Made by a program: the position numbers and the translations under genes | The notes under the pieces: generated by a model | The model's input: the letters and a program-made list of their open reading frames with translations, nothing else | Database searches by the model: none | Told to the model about the DNA's origin: nothing | Shown here: piece by piece, positions 39,675 through 52,594 of the stretch | Numbering within the stretch: position 1 is the stretch's first letter | Layout of the letters: every line of letters starts with the position of its first letter | Origin: Octopus bimaculoides | Lineage: Eukaryota | Direction: 5' to 3' | DNA length: 64,000 nucleotides | NCBI RefSeq assembly: GCF_001194135.2 | Contig: NC_069000.1 | Location: forward strand, 1,624,405 to 1,688,404

Positions 39675-39770
39675 TACATCCAAAGTAATTCAAAATGAAT
39701 GGTACAAAAACATACCTGTAGGTGCTATTATGAATATATTGCAAAAAATTGTATCGTTCATTTTGAATTG

Positions 39771-39823
<53 letters not shown>

Positions 39824-39828
39824 GATAG

Positions 39829-39879
<51 letters not shown>

Positions 39880-40183
39880 GATAGATAGATAGATAGAGAG
39901 ATGATCGGTAAAAACCGTTGAGGACACTAGTTCTCTGAAACTAGTAAAAAAAATGTGTGCATGTGTGTGGGTACTTATTATAACAAAGACCAAAATCAAT
40001 TAAAGAATGTGTGTGTGTGTATGTGTGTATGGGCAGCCAGATGGATGAATAAACAGAAAGATAAATTGATACATAATCAAAGTGCTTCTCCTCCCTTCAT
40101 CGAATCTCTCCACCCACGGCCACCCTCTTCTCACTGACACACGTGACTCTTACGAATGAAGGCCACTTATGTTTGTAGCATGG

Positions 40184-40226
<43 letters not shown>

Positions 40227-40292
40227 TCTTTCTCACACACACACATGTATGTATAATGTATGTGCATATGCATATGTATACATACACTATAC

Positions 40293-40323
<31 letters not shown>

Positions 40324-40710
40324 TATATAGATGCACTTATAAATACATGCAACTGTAAAGCTATTTATTGATTAGTTATTGATTTCCTTCACCAAATACA
40401 TACACACACACACACACACACACACACCACACACACACACACACCACACACACACACATACAGGCGATCCTTTCAGAATCTATCCATCTATCATGAGTGT
40501 AAAGCTAAAATTTAGGTTTTTCACAATATTTTCCGTATTCGTAATTCTTCTTCCTGGGTGAAATAAACTCAGGGATTTCAAGAAAACAACAAAGGAGTGT
40601 CTTAAATCACACAGTGCAGTCTTTAAGTAAGATTTTAAGATTCGTTTATCATTGGATAAATGAATCATAAAACAGCAGATGTAGTAGTAGTAGTAGTAGT
40701 AGTGGTAGTG

Positions 40711-40756
<46 letters not shown>

Positions 40757-41023
40757 CAGTAGAGAGTACACTAATTGAAAATATGAAAGAGAAATGAAGA
40801 GTGGTCATGGTTGGATCTGCTTTGACCACAGGTCTGCTAAGTTTGACTTCGGCCCAGGGCTAAATACTAACAACAACAATAGCACGCAAGTTTCAAGGAG
40901 TAAAAAAATATTATCTACAGCGCCACTGCGTTTAGCTTTGTTTCATTAATGGCAGTTCAAAGGTGAAAGATTTATGCTACGACAGGGTGTAGGTGTGTGT
41001 ACACACANNNNNNNNNNNNNNNN

Positions 41024-41054
<31 letters not shown>

Positions 41055-41055
<1 letters not shown>

Positions 41056-41215
41056 GTGCAACTGTGTGGTAAGAAATTTGCTTCCCAACCACATGGTTCA
41101 GGGTTCAGTCCCACTGTGTGGCACCTTGGGCAAGCATCTACTATAGCCTCAGGCCAACTAAAAGCCATGTAAATGAATTTGGTTGATGGAAACTCAAAGA
41201 AACCTGTTGTGTGTG
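41055..41215 (+). mobile_element. SINE family B (tRNA head plus CORE-like GGCACCTTGGGCAAG segment); copies at 7670-7830, 8225-8325, 26040-26150, 34415-34525, 37660-37960, 42555-42690, 47625-47800, 57075-57180
   Basis: Recurrent TGTGGTAAGAAG..TGCTTCCCAACCACATGGTT..GGGTTCAGTCCCACTG...CTACTATAGCCTC. Confidence 0.85.
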
Positions 41216-41576
41216 TGTGTGTGTGGTTGGGAAGAAAGATTCTTACCACAAAGCCACTCCTGCACACACATATATATATATATGAAATTTTGAATTTAGT
41301 TCACAGATCCCCCAGTACTACTTTTGTGGGCCACCAGGGGTCCACAGACCACAGGTTAGGAACCACTATGCCATAGGGTCAGGGCCTGAAATTTTGGGGG
41401 AATGGGGTTACTCGATGTAATTGATCCCAGCATTCCACTGGTACTTATTTTACTGACCCCAAATGGATGAGATACGACACGGACCCTGGTAACATTTGAA
41501 CTGAATGTAGACAGACAAAATGCCACTGAACGGTTTGTCCAGTGTGGTCAAGGTTCTACCAGTTTTGCTGCCTTAG

Positions 41577-41608
<32 letters not shown>

Positions 41609-42454
41609 TAATAATAATAACAATAATGTTTACAATTCAAACTAATCACAAAGTATTGTTTTACCTGAATGAACCTCGCCCAGTTCCCCCTTCTCCACCC
41701 CCTCTTGCTCCACAATTTACATTGTTTACAAATCCTTATTCAAAAACGTTTACTATCTGACATAATGTACACACAAAATACATTGATTATACACAAACAC
41801 ACCTATGAATGAACACAAAATCGCACACATTTACGTACACTCAGACAAACACACACACACACATGTACATGCCTAAATTTTATCAGAATCCAAAAGTCTA
41901 AGCATAAAAACCACACACAGAACAATGAGACAATGAAGGAAGCTTCATGTTGGTCAGTCTCTCTGCTAGAAACTGTAGTTAAATCTGCCTAAAAATTACA
42001 ATGAATCACCTTCGAAAAATAAAAACAGATGACGCCTAAGGAAAATGGAACCCCTGCTTAAATGATGCTTTGACAAAACCCAGAAGATGATCCCAGCTGG
42101 AGATCCTCTGATCCTAGTATGTCGGATTAGGGATCAACACAAAACAATGTTAACAGATGATCCCCTACGCAAAAATAATATTATTATTTGCCACCCAAGT
42201 CATTTTCAAAACAGATGAGAGACTTGCTCCCTTAGGGGTGGTGGAAAGATTGAAAACGGGTGGGGATGAGGAAAAAGGAGCAGCCAGGATGGTTGTAGGG
42301 TAGCTCTTCCTCTGTAATGACACACGATATAATTATTTATATTTATGTATGATCAGACAGCATTAACTTGTATTTATATAACTAATATTTATATAATTAT
42401 ATTACACATGCACACTATACATACATATACACACATATCTATATATCATCAACA

Positions 42455-42503
<49 letters not shown>

Positions 42504-43089
42504 GAAGCACAAGCACATACACAGACATATACACATGCAGCAGTAACTTCTGCCTACCAAATTCAATCACAAAGCTTCGGTCGGCCCGGGGCTATAGCAG
42601 AAGACACTTGCCCAAGGTGCTATGCGGTGGGACTGAACCCAAAACCATGTAGCTGGGAAGCAAGCTTCCTAACCACACAGCCATACCCATATGAGGTATG
42701 TGAGGGTTAGCAACAGGAAGAGCATCAAGGAGTAGAAAATTTGCCTCAACAAACTCAGTTCAAACTATGGAAGCAAGAAAAAAATGGACATTAAAACGAC
42801 GATACATATCAACATATATATATATGCTGATATATCTATAAACATATACACATACATAAACACACATATCATCATCATCATCATCATCATCGTTTAACGT
42901 CCGCTTTCCATGCTAGCATGGGTTGGACGATTTGACTGAGGACTGGTGCAACCGGATGACTACACCAGGCTCCATATAAAAGAAAAAAGAGGGGAACATG
43001 AAAACAACTGAATTTGTTTTTTAGTACAAGTCTGCTGGATCAGATCTGAACTGGAGCTAGACAACAACAACAAAACAAATCCAATCCAT

Positions 43090-43985
43090 GGACCCATTAG
43101 ACATAGCAGCCAAATCTCCCTTGATATTAAACCCTACAGTCATAAAACAGAGGAGGAACGACACATTGGATAACGTAGACCAAGATACATTATGACTGTA
43201 GAAGGGAATCAAACATCAGAATGGTCAGTTTTGGAATGCTTTTGGTCACTGGTTACTGGTCTGCTTGGTCAGGGCTGACCTGGGGCTAAATAACCCGCCA
43301 AGACAAATTATGACCAGTAACAGTAGTAGATTGAAACACTCGACACGCTCCACTTGATTTCCATCTGATCGTCACACCCTTGGCTTGTTCTGCTGCTTCT
43401 AGCTGCAGCAGACACAAGCTGTGCATTGTACAACAGTGTAGCCAGTGACGGATCTGAGCACCCATAACCAAGTCAGCTGATACAGAAATGGCACCAGCAT
43501 TGCCAAGGTCACTGTGATGACGATGATAACGATGACGACGAATGGCAACAAAAACACAAATGTCAATGACGATGTTGTTCAAAGGTGACTTGCTAGAAAT
43601 AACAGCCAGATTTCCGTTTAAATCACTGTACTGTCTTAACAAAAAGGACACATTGTGTAATGTAGTCTTACATACATTTTCTGAAAAATCAGATGGGATG
43701 GTCATGGAACACTGATGATAAACCAACTCAATCAGAGCTGGACTGGGGTTAAACAACATTGGCGTCTACAATGAACCAATGAGGAATCCCCTATGTGATG
43801 TTTCAAGGTGCTAGCAATAGCAGCTGAATTTCCCTCAATTCACACCCCATCAACTAAAAATAGGGAAAGCTATATCAGATAATATAATCCTAGATATTCT
43901 GTCTTGGAATAAAATGAGTGTTTGTGACTGGGCACTTTCGATCATAGGTTTACTCAACCAGGGCTGACCAAGGATTAAACAACAA
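43090..43985 (+). mobile_element. Family F SINE-like element with AAC tail, three copies in this span; others at 5085-5300, 12195-12330, 14260-14480, 18410-18620, 20240-20440, 22310-22480, 25505-25720, 35600-35790, 40800-40880, 60320-60400
   Basis: Recurrent TTGCTAGAAATAGCAGCCAAATCTCCC...GATGGTCATGG...GGGCTGACCTGGGGCTAAA(C)AAC. Confidence 0.8.
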
Positions 43986-44429
43986 GTGTACTACCAGATG
44001 AACAAATAAGGGGAAAAATGTGATCAATGAAGACTGAGCAATTGTTGGATTAAAATTTCCTCCAGTGGTGCTTAAAATCCTAAAAACAAGGGAGATAACT
44101 CCAATAAGATCAGTTGATTAAAATATAATAATAACCACTGGAGAAGACTGGAGTGGATGTAATGTTTAAGCCTTTAGCATTCAGGTCACTCCATCAAATG
44201 TATTCGTTCAGATTGCTTTGAATTAATCATGCAATATCTTATAGTTTTGAGATTTTTTTGACAGGACTATATATTTTTAAAATTATATTTTAGGTAGGAT
44301 CAGTGTGAGAGGCCAGATCTGGTCAATTAGAATATAAAATAGATAGAATATTTGGCCCAGATGTGGTCAATTTAAATTGTAAAGGGTAAAAAGCCAACTG
44401 GTGAAAGTAATTGATGGATTTTGATGCTA

Positions 44430-44850
44430 TCAACCATTTCATTTTCCTATTTCTGTTGAAGTAGTCTGTCTCTGTTTCAGATATTTTTGAAAATAAAGAA
44501 TTTAGTAGAATAATTTTGCTATCATTAAGCTGGTGTTTGGAACGTAAATTAATGTGAGATTTTGATAGAATGTTTAAATTTAGATCATTTTAAACAGGAC
44601 ACTTATCACAGAACCATAGGTGGACTTAGGCAGGTTGGTATCAAAGGAATTAACTTCTCATTTGTTTTGATTATTTTGAAACTAATGAATGTAGTAAAAT
44701 AGCTTTGTCATTATTAAGCTGGTATTTAAATTATAAACTAACATGAAATTTTCATGAAAGACTTTAGTTTAGATCTCTTTAAAAGAGAGAGACAGTTTGA
44801 ATCATAGAGCCACAGGGTGTCTCAAGTGGGTTGGCATCAAAATGATTAGG
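44430..44850. mobile_element. Two adjacent copies of a third MITE-like family (ATTAAGCTGGT...GTTGG(T/C)ATCAAA); others at 38130-38345 and about 1075-1185 (reverse)
   Basis: Recurrent shared sequence; the 38340 copy ends TATCAAAAGGGTTGA, resembling a piggyBac GGG|TTAA end. Confidence 0.55.
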
Positions 44851-44981
44851 AGAGTGACCATTTCAGACCCTACACTGGCCACTTTCCCAATCACTTTCTT
44901 CTAAATTTCTCAATCGTCAACCCCGTCTTAACACAAATACTACTTTCTCCTTTCATATAAACTATTTTATGAAGTTATTAA

Positions 44982-45205
44982 CCCATTAAGTCCCACTGTC
45001 CTATAAATAGGACACTAAATGAGAACACCAAATAAACTATATCACATTGTCTCGGTGTCCTATTTATAGGACATCGAATATTTCCATTTCTACTTGAAGT
45101 AAAGGAGTTTTAATAATTATTTTTTTCCCATTTTAACCTATTTTCAATCATCTGTAAAAATTTTAAAGTAATATTCAGAAATTTAAGTATCTGGGACTTA
45201 ATGGG
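44982..45205. mobile_element. piggyBac-type MITE (224 bp)
   Basis: Perfect 14-bp TIRs CCCATTAAGTCCCA / TGGGACTTAATGGG with TTAA on both sides; two internal TGTCCTAT..ATAGGACA palindromes. Confidence 0.85.
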
Positions 45206-47819
45206 TTAAAATCACTTTGTCATTATTGGTTTCAAATTTTGGCACAAGGCCAGCAATTTCAAGAGAGTGGGGGAGTAAGTCGATTACATCGATCCCAGAG
45301 TTCAACTGGTACTTATTTTATTGACCCTGGAAGCATGAAAGGCAAAGTCGACCTCAGCAGAATTTGAACTCGGAATGCAAAATGGATGAAATGGCACTAA
45401 GCATTTCCTCCAGCATGCAAACAATTCTGCCAGCTCACTGTGTAGCTAATTCAGTCATCATTAATCTATTGTTTGTAACATGAAACTTTGATGGAAGGCT
45501 TAAATTTTGATCACTTTGAAACAAGATGTTTCAGGTGAGTCACTCTGAAAATGGTTAAACCGCTTCATTGAAGCATATCCTGTTCAGTTGCCAAAACAAA
45601 AAGTTATCAATAAACACAGGCATGTGGTGTGTGTGTGTGTGGGGGGGGAGCCTATTGGCAGCATCAATAATTTGGATGAGTAAGAACACACGTGATTAAA
45701 TACATATACTAGGCCTTTTAGAATATAGAATTCTCAACCATTTTATAGGTGACCAGGTGAACTTAGCCACTAGGATAGATATAAAATTATACCAGTCACA
45801 TACTGAGGCTAATATAAGCCACTACCTCTATTAAAAAAAAAAACCCCATAGTTTGTAGTATATTTTTAATGTTTTCAGTAACTGGGCTGCAAATATGATA
45901 AAGCATCGTTTTGGATGGATTATTTACTCAACCAGGATCTTAATTATTCTGATGTCTATTTTATTTGTTGTCCATTGAAATGGCTAAGTTACCCTGACAG
46001 CAAAGGGACATAACTTAACACACTTATACACAACATACACAAAAACATATATACACACCTATGTACATATACATTGCATTACATTATTTATATATCACTA
46101 TATCAACCAGACTATTGGATGTTGTTATACACCACTGACCACAGTGCACTTCCTTGCATTGTTGTAGCATTCGAATAATGCCACCCTGCTGAAAAGAATG
46201 CCTGGCCATTGCAGGGTTACTCATTTACAACCAAGTGGACTGGAGTACATGATATAAAGTGTCCTGCTTTAGAACACAATGTGCTGTAGGTCTAGGAATT
46301 GAAACCACAATCTTCCGATCATAAGTACAAGACCCTAACCGCTATGCTATGCCCCTATGTATGTATATTATATGGTATAGTCACACATACATATATACAA
46401 GCACACACTCACCCACAGACTGTGTGTGTGTGTGACATACACTTTATGAATACCACTAGGTTCTGATCTGATGTGGCAAGGTTTCTGAGGTTGGATGCCC
46501 TTCCTAATGCCAACCACTCTGAGAGTGTAGTGGGTATTTTTTACATGCCACCAGCATGGGTGCCACTGACCTGACACTGGCTTTGGCCAAGACTACGGTC
46601 TCACTTAGCCTGACATGTCTACACAAGCACGGTATATCACTAAATGTCATGGTCACCTGCATTCCAGCTTCCATGCTGGTATGGTTTGACAGGGTCCAGC
46701 AAGTCACAGAGCTGTGCCAAGTTCCAGTGTCAGCTTTGACATGGTTTCTATGGCTGGATACCGTTTCTAACACCAACCACTTTATATATCAGTGCCATGT
46801 AAAAAGCACCCAGTGCACTCTGTAAAGTGACTGGCATTAGGAAGGGCAAAGAGCCATAGAAACCCTGTCAAAACAACATGAAATGAGGCCTGGATAGCTG
46901 GCTAGCATCTGTCAAATGGTCCAACTCACCCCAGCATTGAAAACAGACATTAAATAAAGATGCACAAGGAGGTTTCTGCAAGATTCCTTTCTACCAGAAT
47001 TCTAGTCAGAAAATATTGATCATTTGATATTTTCTGATTGTCAGAGAGAAAATGCCTTGTGGCCTTTCTTCTGGCTTTTTACATCCCTTATTCAAGTCCC
47101 GCCAAGGTCAGCTTTGCCTTCCATCATCAATAAAACATAGTACCAGTCAAGTACTTGGGTCAATGCTAATTGACCCCAGCAACTAATCCCTCCTACTGGC
47201 TCTATGTCTAAATTACAAACCAGAATAATTATTAAGGCAGCGAGCTGGGACTGATAAAATAAAGGACCAGTCAAGTACTGCGGGTCAATCTCATCAACTA
47301 ACTCCTCCCTTTCAAAATTGCTTGTCTTTCACTAAATCAAAATTATTAAACAGGCAGGAAGTTGCTAGAATCTTTAGAGTATTGGACAAAAATGCCTTCT
47401 GGCTTCTCTTCCATTCTTTTGTGTTCTGAGTTCAAATGCTGGTGAGGTCAGCTTTGTCTTTTATCCTCTTGAGGTTGACAAAAACCAAGTACCAAGGATG
47501 GTGGTATCAACTAAATCTCACTTGTCAGGCTTAACTTTGACTTTCCTTTTGGGATAAAATAAATACCAGTGAAATACTGGGGGAGTGATGTAATCGGTTT
47601 TACATCCTTTCCTGAATGGGTGCAGCCATAGCTGTGTGGTTAAGAAGTCTGCTTCCCAGCCATGTGGGTTCTGGTTCGGTTCCACCATGGAGCATCTTGG
47701 TGCAAATGCCTTGGGGATTCAACTAAAAATCTAAGTGGATGTGGTAGACGGAAACTGAAAGAAGCCCATCATGTGTGTGTGTGTGTAAGTATGTGTCTTG
47801 ACATCAGATGATGCTTGTG

Positions 47820-48020
47820 AAACAAGTACCACAGTCATTCAAGTGGTTGTTCATTTCCAATCTTCTGTGGAAAATGTCAGGCCATGGTGAAATATTACCT
47901 TGCTTGGCACCAAGCAATGGTTGGTAATGGGAAAAGCATCTGGCCACAGAAAATCTGCCCCAATGATTTCTGTCTGACCCATGCAAGCATGCAAAAGAGG
48001 ACATTATAATAGTGATAATG
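47820..48020 (+). mobile_element. SINE body family H downstream of a B head, ending in a D-like tail; also 37320-37470 (reverse), 52721-52870 (reverse), 55860-56075
   Basis: Recurrent CATTTCCAAT.TTCTGTG.AAA..ATGTC.GGCCATGG.GAAATATTACCTTG...GACCCATGCAAGCATG. Confidence 0.7.
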
Positions 48021-48377
48021 ATGATTCTTGCCAAGGTGGTAGGGTAACCTAGGTTAATCATTGTTTTGGTTATTTTTTGGAAGTGGCAGCAACACCGTTG
48101 CATAGTCAAAGACTTCATCTTTATGTTTGCACAAGACACCTTCCAACAAAGTAAATTCAGTCAGTTAATTCTTTCTCCCATCAAATCTTCCTTGGTTTGC
48201 TGAGTGGAAACAAAATATAACAATGCTATAACACTCACACACACACATGTGTGTGTGAGTGTTATATAAATGTGAAGACATTTCAGTTGGGAACTTCACC
48301 CAACCAAAATGATGAGCAGTGAACACAAACAACACATAAACATTAAAAAGAACAAAATGATGAAACGGTTAACTCAC

Positions 48378-48972
48378 CAACAGCTGGAGCATCGTAAGAA
48401 TCTCCGAGTAAGATCTCTGGTGCCGAATAGGCAAGGGAACCACATGAAGTCTCTAGTTTTTTGCCAGGCTTAAAGACATTGCTAAATCCAAAATCTGTGA
48501 GCTTAACGATGCCTAGTTTCTCAAAGAAGACCACGTTTTCAGGCTTGAGGTCCCTGTGACATACGTGCAACTGGTGACAGTATGAGATGGCATCTACAAT
48601 TTGCTTAAAATACTTGCGGGCCAGGCTGTCATTAAGCCCTTTATCATGCTTCATTATGTAATCGTACAAGTCTCCACCGTCACCCAGCTCCAAAATAAGG
48701 TACAATTTGGTCTGAGTGTCAATCACCTCATAGAGGCGGACAACATTCGGATGCTGCACCAATTTCATGCACCGCACTTCCTGGAACAGATGGTTCTTTG
48801 ACACTTCATCAAGTTTAGTCTTATCAATAACTTTGACGGCGACCTTCTCGCCTGTGAACACATGCCGGGCCAGTTTCACAACAGCAAAGTGGCCCCGGCC
48901 AATCGTGTCTTCCAGGTCATACAGACCAGCAATCTTTCGATCATAGTCACCACGCTGCTTACGAGAAGCCAT
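48378..48972 (-). CDS. SNRK: SNF-related serine/threonine kinase, first coding exon (198 codons + 1 nt; kinase subdomains I-VIII)
   Basis: [50 protein letters not shown]...HRDLKPEN...DFG...[27 protein letters not shown] closely matches SNRK as recalled (GRGHFAVV loop, SLAYSAPE). Minus-strand donor G|GTGAGT (48377-48372) follows DAPAV; the ORF tail [10 protein letters not shown] is intron read-through. Confidence 0.97.
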
Positions 48973-49199
48973 TCAGAATGAAGGGACAATATTTAAAATA
49001 TAAAAATGAAAGGTAATATATATATATATATATAGATAGATATAGGTATGGTTTGAACAATTGGAACAGCAGTTATTTAATGACAAGTGTGTAATGAAAA
49101 GGGTGTGGTGAAATAAGAGTACGGTGGGTTAAAAACTGTGGTGAATCTAAGAATGATGAAAATAGTGATGATGATGAGGATGAAGACGAGGATAAGTGA

Positions 49200-51436
49200 A
49201 AAGGATAGAGAAAAGATATAGATTTCGAGATCGAAGATATGGAAGGGCCTAGCAAGTAATTAATAACGGTAAAAACAAAATCCGATAACTCCCATAGAAG
49301 AAGGCTTAAAATGTCGATGAGAAAGTGGTAAGGACAGGCTGGCAACGGTTCAAATAGGACACCGGAACAATGAGATTTGATACTTATAAACAAAGGTAGA
49401 GTTAAAAGAAAGGAGAAAGTAAAAAAAAGGGGAAAGAAGAGAGAGAAAGCAGAAACCCAGAGTGTATTCATTTAATAAATAACTAAGGTTTCGTCTTGTA
49501 TCCTTGGTATTGTTTCTAATAATTAATAAACGAGTTGGGCTTCTGTGTGTGTTTTCGTTTTTTCGATGAGGGTGGATGGGCGACCAGGAAAACTATAAAT
49601 GACATTTCAACTAAGTGTTTTGACAAAGGGTAAACCAATGTTTACCGTCGAAGATCCACCACTATCTGACCGGTTCGTTCAACCCCCAATCATAGGTGGG
49701 GGGTTTGTTTCGTACTCGAATCCTGCTGCACCACAGCCACACCACGCCACACTCACGCAAACATGAAGAGGTCACATATCGGTAACCAAAAGATTTTCAG
49801 ACATTACATATTATATAAATATATATCTATGTATGTATGTATGTGTATATAACACATACGTACGCTCACTCACTCACTCGCTTACTGATAAACTACGAAC
49901 ACTAACGCATCTTCTATTTAGATACACACACATAAAGACAGACTGAGAGAAAGAGAGAGAGAGAGAAAGAATGTCTGTGAAATCCTCCTTGCCAACGAAA
50001 TGGCAACAACATAAGGAACTCAGAGAATCTAGGGATGAATGGGATAATGTGTGGAGAGGAGGTTAGTAGCTGTGGATAAATATAGTCGCGTTTTCCTCAA
50101 TGAAATACTTCCACTGTTGATGCTACTACTACTGGCATGGTGTTGTTAGTTACTACTTACTTACTGAGCCTGTTGTTTCCTCTCTCTTCTATCTTATGGC
50201 GATGATGATTGAAGTGGTGATGATGCTGGAGGGGAGAGAGAGAGAGAGAGAGAGAGTGAGGGCGAGGTCCAAAATAACTACTTTTCCTATTTTATCTTTT
50301 TCACTTCCTCCTATTTAAGAAAGACAATGATATTACATTTTGTTGTTGTTGTGTTTTCGTTTGCTTTCATAAAAGTCAAAATAATGGATATCAGGAACGT
50401 AACAACGAAACAAAGCAATTTAGAATTGAGATAAGGAGGGGTAGTTTTTGTTTGTATAGGCTATAGTATGGCTTGGCACGCTATGTTGTGTGTTCTTGTC
50501 TTTTACACCTCCTTATAATTTATGCATTTGGTTGTATGAGGAACAGAGAAATCATTTCATTGCAGAATACGTACATAGACGGTTGGTCGTAGAACGAAAT
50601 CTCTTGAAGGGAAAAATTTAAGGAATACAACCATAAAGTGAAGGCCGGATGGATGGATGGATGGAGAGGAAACTATTTTTTTTCCTAAACCACACCAAAC
50701 AAGAATCGAAGGTGAATGAGAAAGAAAAAAAAATGAGAAAAATCTAAGAGTGAGAGAGAGAGAGGAATGAACGAACGAGTCTCTGATAAAACGTTTAGTT
50801 TAAAGAAACGAATGGACGTTAAGAAAGAGATCGATGAATGGTTAAATAAGAAGCGGGGGGGGGGGAGAAATCAATGATTGATTATTTATACGAACAATGT
50901 TTTCTTGTTTTTTTTTCTTTGTTAGTCTTTGCTTTGTTTTTGCTCTTTTCTCTTTTTAAAAACAAAAATAAATACAAGAATTGGTTGAGTATTAAAAAAA
51001 TCCGTTTTGTCAGACGTGCAAAATACAGTCAGCAGTGCTTGCACTCGGTTAAGAATGAGTGTGTACTCCTGGGTGGCTCGTTAGTGGTCGAGTTCAATAA
51101 AGAATGCAAATACAACGTATACGTTTTACTCCACTCCCAATCCTGGTGGTTCGACAACGACGACGACGATGCTGACAGTGAGATGACGATGATCAAATAA
51201 TCTAACGTAACGGCATCCTTCAAAATAGTTTTTGTCATTTCTTATTTTCTGGACGAAGCAGCAGCTGAGGGGAAGAAGATTCAATATTTATGTTGCTGAT
51301 GTTATCATTATTATTATTATTATTATTATTTAGCTTCGTTTTCAAACAGTAGCAACTATATGACAACGGACAACAATTTAATATATGTACAAATACATGT
51401 AATCTTGTATCTATATAAATATATCTATATCAACAT

Positions 51437-51475
<39 letters not shown>

Positions 51476-52553
51476 NNNNNNNNNNNNNNNNNNNNNNATA
51501 TATATACAAATATACTGGTTCTGCTTTCAAACAGAAGCAATGATATAATATATATTAATGTGAAAGAGCAGCAACGAAGATTGTGGTGGACGTACTTACA
51601 TGTGTGCTTCGCTAATTATTTATATATGTGTATATATATTTATATATACACTTACATGTGTGCTTCGGTGTTTATATATACATATATATATACATACATG
51701 TGTTGTATGTGTGCATATATTTACACTTTGTTAGATAGAGGTGAGATGTTTCGGTAGGAAGGTAGGTTGAGATGGTCCGGTCCAGTGTCGTCAGTTCAAT
51801 GGCTGAATAGAAGCAGAGTGTGTGACGGATGTGCAGCGAATTTGTGTGTGTATGTGTGGGTGGTTGTATTCAACAAAAAAAGAAAACAGTAGAGAAAAGT
51901 TGTTATGGAATCGGCCGATAAAAGTGCATCAACGGCCGACAGTCGGCTGTCAGTGATGGTGGCAGCCATACACTGTTTAGTGCGCACCTCTACTGCGCAT
52001 CACGTCATAAACGTATAACGAAGATAAGGGTGGGAGAGAGAGAGAGAGGGGGGAGGATAGTAAAGATATGTTGTGTCGGAGTGGGAGGGAGAGAAAGATA
52101 CAAAAGGGAGAGAAAGAAAGAGTAAAAAAAGAAAGACGGAGAGAAAGAAACCGAGAAAGTGAAAGATAGAGAGAAAAAGAAAGAGACAGAAACAGTGTAA
52201 GGATGGGTAGGGTATACTTTTTGATTTATTTGTTTANNNNNNNNNNNNNNNNNNNNNNNNNNNNNNNNNNNNNNNNNNNNNNNNNNNNNNNNNNNNNNNN
52301 NNNNNNNNNNNNNNNNNNNNNNNNNNNNNNNNNNNNNNNNNNNNNNNNNNNNNNNNNNNNNNNNNNNNNNNNNNNNNNNNNNNNNNNNNNNNNNNNNNNN
52401 NNNNNNNNNNNNNNNNNNNNNNNNNNNNNNNNNNNNNNNNNNNNNNNNNNNNNNNNNNNNNNNNNNNNNNNNNNNNNNNNNNNNNNNNNNNNNNNNNNNN
52501 NNNNNNNNNNNNNNNNNNNNNNNNNNNNNNNNNNNNNNNNNNNNNNNNNNNNN

Positions 52554-52594
<41 letters not shown>

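Larger units (their letters stand above)
1..48377 (-). other. SNRK: SNRK first coding intron (at least 48 kb, 3' end not seen)
   Basis: Donor at 48377. No exon encoding the expected DIWSLGVIL continuation was found by eye at lower coordinates; an exon hidden in an N-gap cannot be excluded. Confidence 0.7.

Noticed and set aside
43286-43759. 157-aa minus-strand ORF as a possible SNRK exon
   Set aside because: No kinase, UBA or SNRK-like sequence; about a third is antisense family F repeat.
48343-48377. C-terminal [11 protein letters not shown] of the 209-aa ORF as a truncated kinase
   Set aside because: Read-through past a canonical GTGAGT donor.
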